Below are positions 7,547 to 10,306 of a DNA stretch of 10,306 bases, piece by piece. Every line of letters begins with the position of its first letter. Position 1 is the first letter of the stretch. This stretch comes from Octopus sinensis (Eukaryota): the NCBI RefSeq assembly GCF_006345805.1, contig NW_021827462.1, positions 1 to 10,306 of the forward strand, given 5' to 3'. The translations under genes and the position numbers were made by a program. The notes beneath the pieces are model-generated. The model was not told the origin of the DNA, did no database searches, and worked only from the letters and a program-made list of their open reading frames with translations.

Positions 7547-7940
7547 GGCGCAGGAGTGGCTGTGTGGTAAGTAGCTTGCTAACCAACCACATGGTTCCGG
7601 GTTCAGTCCCACTGCGTGGCATCTTGGGCAAGTGTCTTCTGCTATAGCCTTGTGAGTGGATTTGGTAGATGGAAACTGAAAGAAGCCTGTCGTATATATG
7701 TATGTGTATGTGTGTGTGTTTGTGTGTCTGTGTTTGTCCCCCTAGCATTGCTTGACAACCGATGCTGGTGTGTTTATGTCCCTGTTACTTAGCGGTTCGG
7801 CAAAACAGACCGATAGAATAAGTACTGGGCTTACAAAGAATAAGTCATGGGGTCGAGTTGCTCGATTAAAAGGCGGTGCTCCAGCATGGCCGCAGTCAAA
7901 TGACTGAAACAAGTAAAAGAGTAAAAGAGTAAAAGAGTAA
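7547..7940 (+). mobile_element. SINE family A, full length (tRNA head, CORE-like segment, microsatellite, 3' module, (GTAAAAGA)n tail)
   Basis: Starts ggcgcaggagtggctgtgtgg and ends in 8-bp tail repeats at 7913-7940. The ttgggcaagt motif resembles the CORE domain of CORE-SINEs, which are known from octopus. Confidence 0.92.
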
Positions 7941-7949
7941 TAATAATTG

Positions 7950-8075
7950 GTGGGATTTGCAATCAGATTTGAAGGAGATTTGGCTGCTACTTCTAGGAGT
8001 CTAGGTAGCTACATAGGGACCCCTCACAAGCTCATTGTTGCTGTTGCTATTGCTGTTGCCTCTGTTGCTAATATA
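7950..8075 (+). repeat. Fragment of a small dispersed repeat (family E)
   Basis: gatttgaaggagatttggctgctacttc resembles the reverse complement of 9436-9470 and resembles 4595-4613. Confidence 0.4.
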
Positions 8076-8240
8076 TATTACATCCCTTTTTTTTTTTTTC
8101 CGTCTGTCTTCCCTCTCTTACAATGGTCTATATCAGGAACAAGGGTAGAGGAGAGCAAAGTAAGCCCTTATTTCAAGGAAAACTAGGGTCTGCATATTTT
8201 TTTCCTCATTCGTAACTCTCGTCACCTTGTTCCTATTAAA

Positions 8241-8669
8241 ACATACAAACACACACAGACACACACACACATGCACGCACATACACACACATGCACACAC
8301 AGACACACACATGCACACACAGACACACACATGCACACACAGACACACACATGCACGCACATACACACATATGAGAAATCTGTCTGCATGTGTATACGAA
8401 TGCACGTATACAGATGTACGGGTGTACATTCATATACATAAGTTTGTGTGTGTATATGTGTAAAGATATATACATACATACACATATTTATACATCATAT
8501 GTGTATATATATATATATATATACATACAAAAAGAAAGAAAGAAAGAAAGAAAGAGAGAAACATATATATATGTATGTATATGAATGTATGCATGTATAT
8601 ATGTATGCATGTATATATGTATGATCATATATATATATATATATATACATACACACATACATACATACA

Positions 8670-8701
<32 letters not shown>

Positions 8702-8761
8702 CATATGTATACTCTCAGACAAAGGTTTATATAAATATTTATGTATATATATATATGTAAT

Positions 8762-8795
<34 letters not shown>

Positions 8796-8965
8796 GTGTG
8801 TGTGTATACATGTATGTTAAAATACATACACACATATATGTGTGTGTATAAAAAAATATATATATATACACACACATATATATATATACATACATATATG
8901 TATTATTACATATATATATATGTGTGTGTGTGTGTGTATACATACATATATACATATACACACAC
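8241..8965. repeat. Compound microsatellite/minisatellite field: 20-bp CA-derived units, (TA)n, (GAAA)n, (TACA)n, (TG)n
   Basis: Direct reading; it accounts for all ORFs at 8133-9104. Confidence 0.95.
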
Positions 8966-9029
8966 GCATTACTCAACATCATTGTACGTATATTTGTGTG
9001 TATATTATTTTTGCTGGAACAGTAGGGTA

Positions 9030-9150
9030 CCAGATACATACCAGACGAAATTCCTTGATGTATTTTGTTACATTCCTTATATTCTAGGATCAAATCCCTT
9101 TTGAATTAACTACGCCTTTCATCCATCTAGATTTGTTAAAATAAACACCG
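9030..9150 (+). mobile_element. Highly degenerate SINE B copy
   Basis: ggatcaaatcc ... gcctttcatcc ... aaaataaacacc keeps the order and spacing of 6301-6364. Confidence 0.55.
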
Positions 9151-9247
9151 AAGTTTTATAGGGGCCCCGGTTCATTTCTCTCTGAATCACCCTTTACAGA
9201 TCCCTTTTTGCATGCCAATGTTACGAACTATAATTATTATCATTCCT

Positions 9248-9285
9248 GTTGTTGTTGTTGTTGTTGTGTTGTTGTTGTTGTTGTT
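9248..9285. repeat. (GTT)n microsatellite
   Basis: Direct reading. Confidence 0.95.
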
Positions 9286-9574
9286 TATAGGGAGAAGGGA
9301 TCATTCTAAGTCCACTTCAGCTCCATTGATGAAACCTATGCCAATAGTCTCCCTTAGTTTTATATTCTTCCTTAAAGTCAATAATATGAGATTTTCAAAA
9401 CTGGGGAGCCTGTGTGTCCTTGCTAAACCTGTGTGAAATAGTAACTAAATTACCCTCAAATTAAACCCTACAACCTTGTATAAGTCAGACCACAGTTTTT
9501 GTAGTTTAAATCAAGTATATAATAATGTTACTTATAAATTTTATATGAAAAGTTACAGCATTTACATACATACC

Positions 9575-9582
9575 TCTATCTA

Positions 9583-9659
<77 letters not shown>

Positions 9660-9672
9660 ATCTATCTATCTA
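9575..9672. repeat. (CTAT)n microsatellite
   Basis: Direct reading. Confidence 0.95.
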
Positions 9673-9764
9673 GCTAGCTAGCTACACACACATATATACT
9701 CATATATATATATATATATAACTTTATAAATATAAGGGTAAAACTTTTAAATAATTACTTACTA

Positions 9765-10160
9765 GGCTGTGTAGTAAGTATCTTGCTTAAGAACCACATA
9801 GTTCTGGGTTCAGTCCCACTGCGTGCCACCTTGGGCAAGTGTCTTCTACTATAGTTTCACGTAGATCAAAGGCTTGTGAGTGGATTTGGTAGAAGGAAAC
9901 TGAAAGAAGCCCGTCATATATATATGTATATGTATATGTGTGTATGTTTGTGTATATGTTTGTGTGCCTGTATTTGTCCCCCCAACATGCTTGACAACCG
10001 ATGCTGGTGTGTTTATGTTTCATAACTTAGCAGTTCGGCAATAGCTACCGATAGAATAAGTACTAGGCTTACAAAGAATAAGTCCTGTGGTTGGTTTGCT
10101 CGACTAAAGGTGATGCTCCAGCATAGCCACACTCAAATGATTGAAACAAGTAAAAGAGTA
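9765..10160 (+). mobile_element. SINE family A, near full length
   Basis: Collinear with 7556-7925 across both modules and ends gaaacaagtaaaagag. Confidence 0.9.
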
Positions 10161-10255
10161 TGTATGTATATATTCCTCGTGTATTCCGTATGCAGCATTC
10201 AATATGAATGCTTGGTGATGCACACATTTAGACAAGTATCTTCTTTTCCTTTATC

Positions 10256-10306
10256 TTTTTCTACTCTAAGCACAAGGCACGAAATTTTTGGGGAGTGGGG
10301 CCAGTC
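10256..10306 (-). mobile_element. 3' end of a SINE B-like element running off the window
   Basis: The reverse complement ccccaaaaatttcgtgccttgtgc resembles 6395-6419. Confidence 0.5.

Noticed and set aside
7547-7620. tRNA gene
   Set aside because: Only degenerate A/B boxes, no full cloverleaf, and it continues into a SINE body repeated in the window.
8488-9093. Longest ORF (201 aa, minus strand) and the other Y/I/C/V/H/T-rich ORFs
   Set aside because: Microsatellite read-through lacking stop codons; composition is dictated by TA/CA/TG repeats.

Overview
AT-rich, microsatellite-saturated animal non-coding DNA. The repeat families look like those of Octopus/coleoid cephalopods (recognised from memory, not searched). 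No intact host gene is supported; the listed ORFs are microsatellite read-throughs or transposon relics. Contents: (1) a decayed mariner (DD34D) element at ~706-2385, interrupted by two tandem CR1-type LINE 3' ends, with a second, different mariner fragment facing it; (2) many tRNA-derived SINE copies of at least three families; (3) a stack of retroposons nested in (ATT)n tracts at 5600-7450, including the C-terminus of an R4/Dong-type LINE; (4) a cluster of fold-back structures at 3480-5065. The most interesting signal is two adjacent long inverted repeats, each carrying a minimal type I hammerhead-ribozyme motif (4239-4288 on +, 4889-4948 on -). This architecture resembles inverted pseudo-LTRs of Penelope-like elements, here without any coding region.
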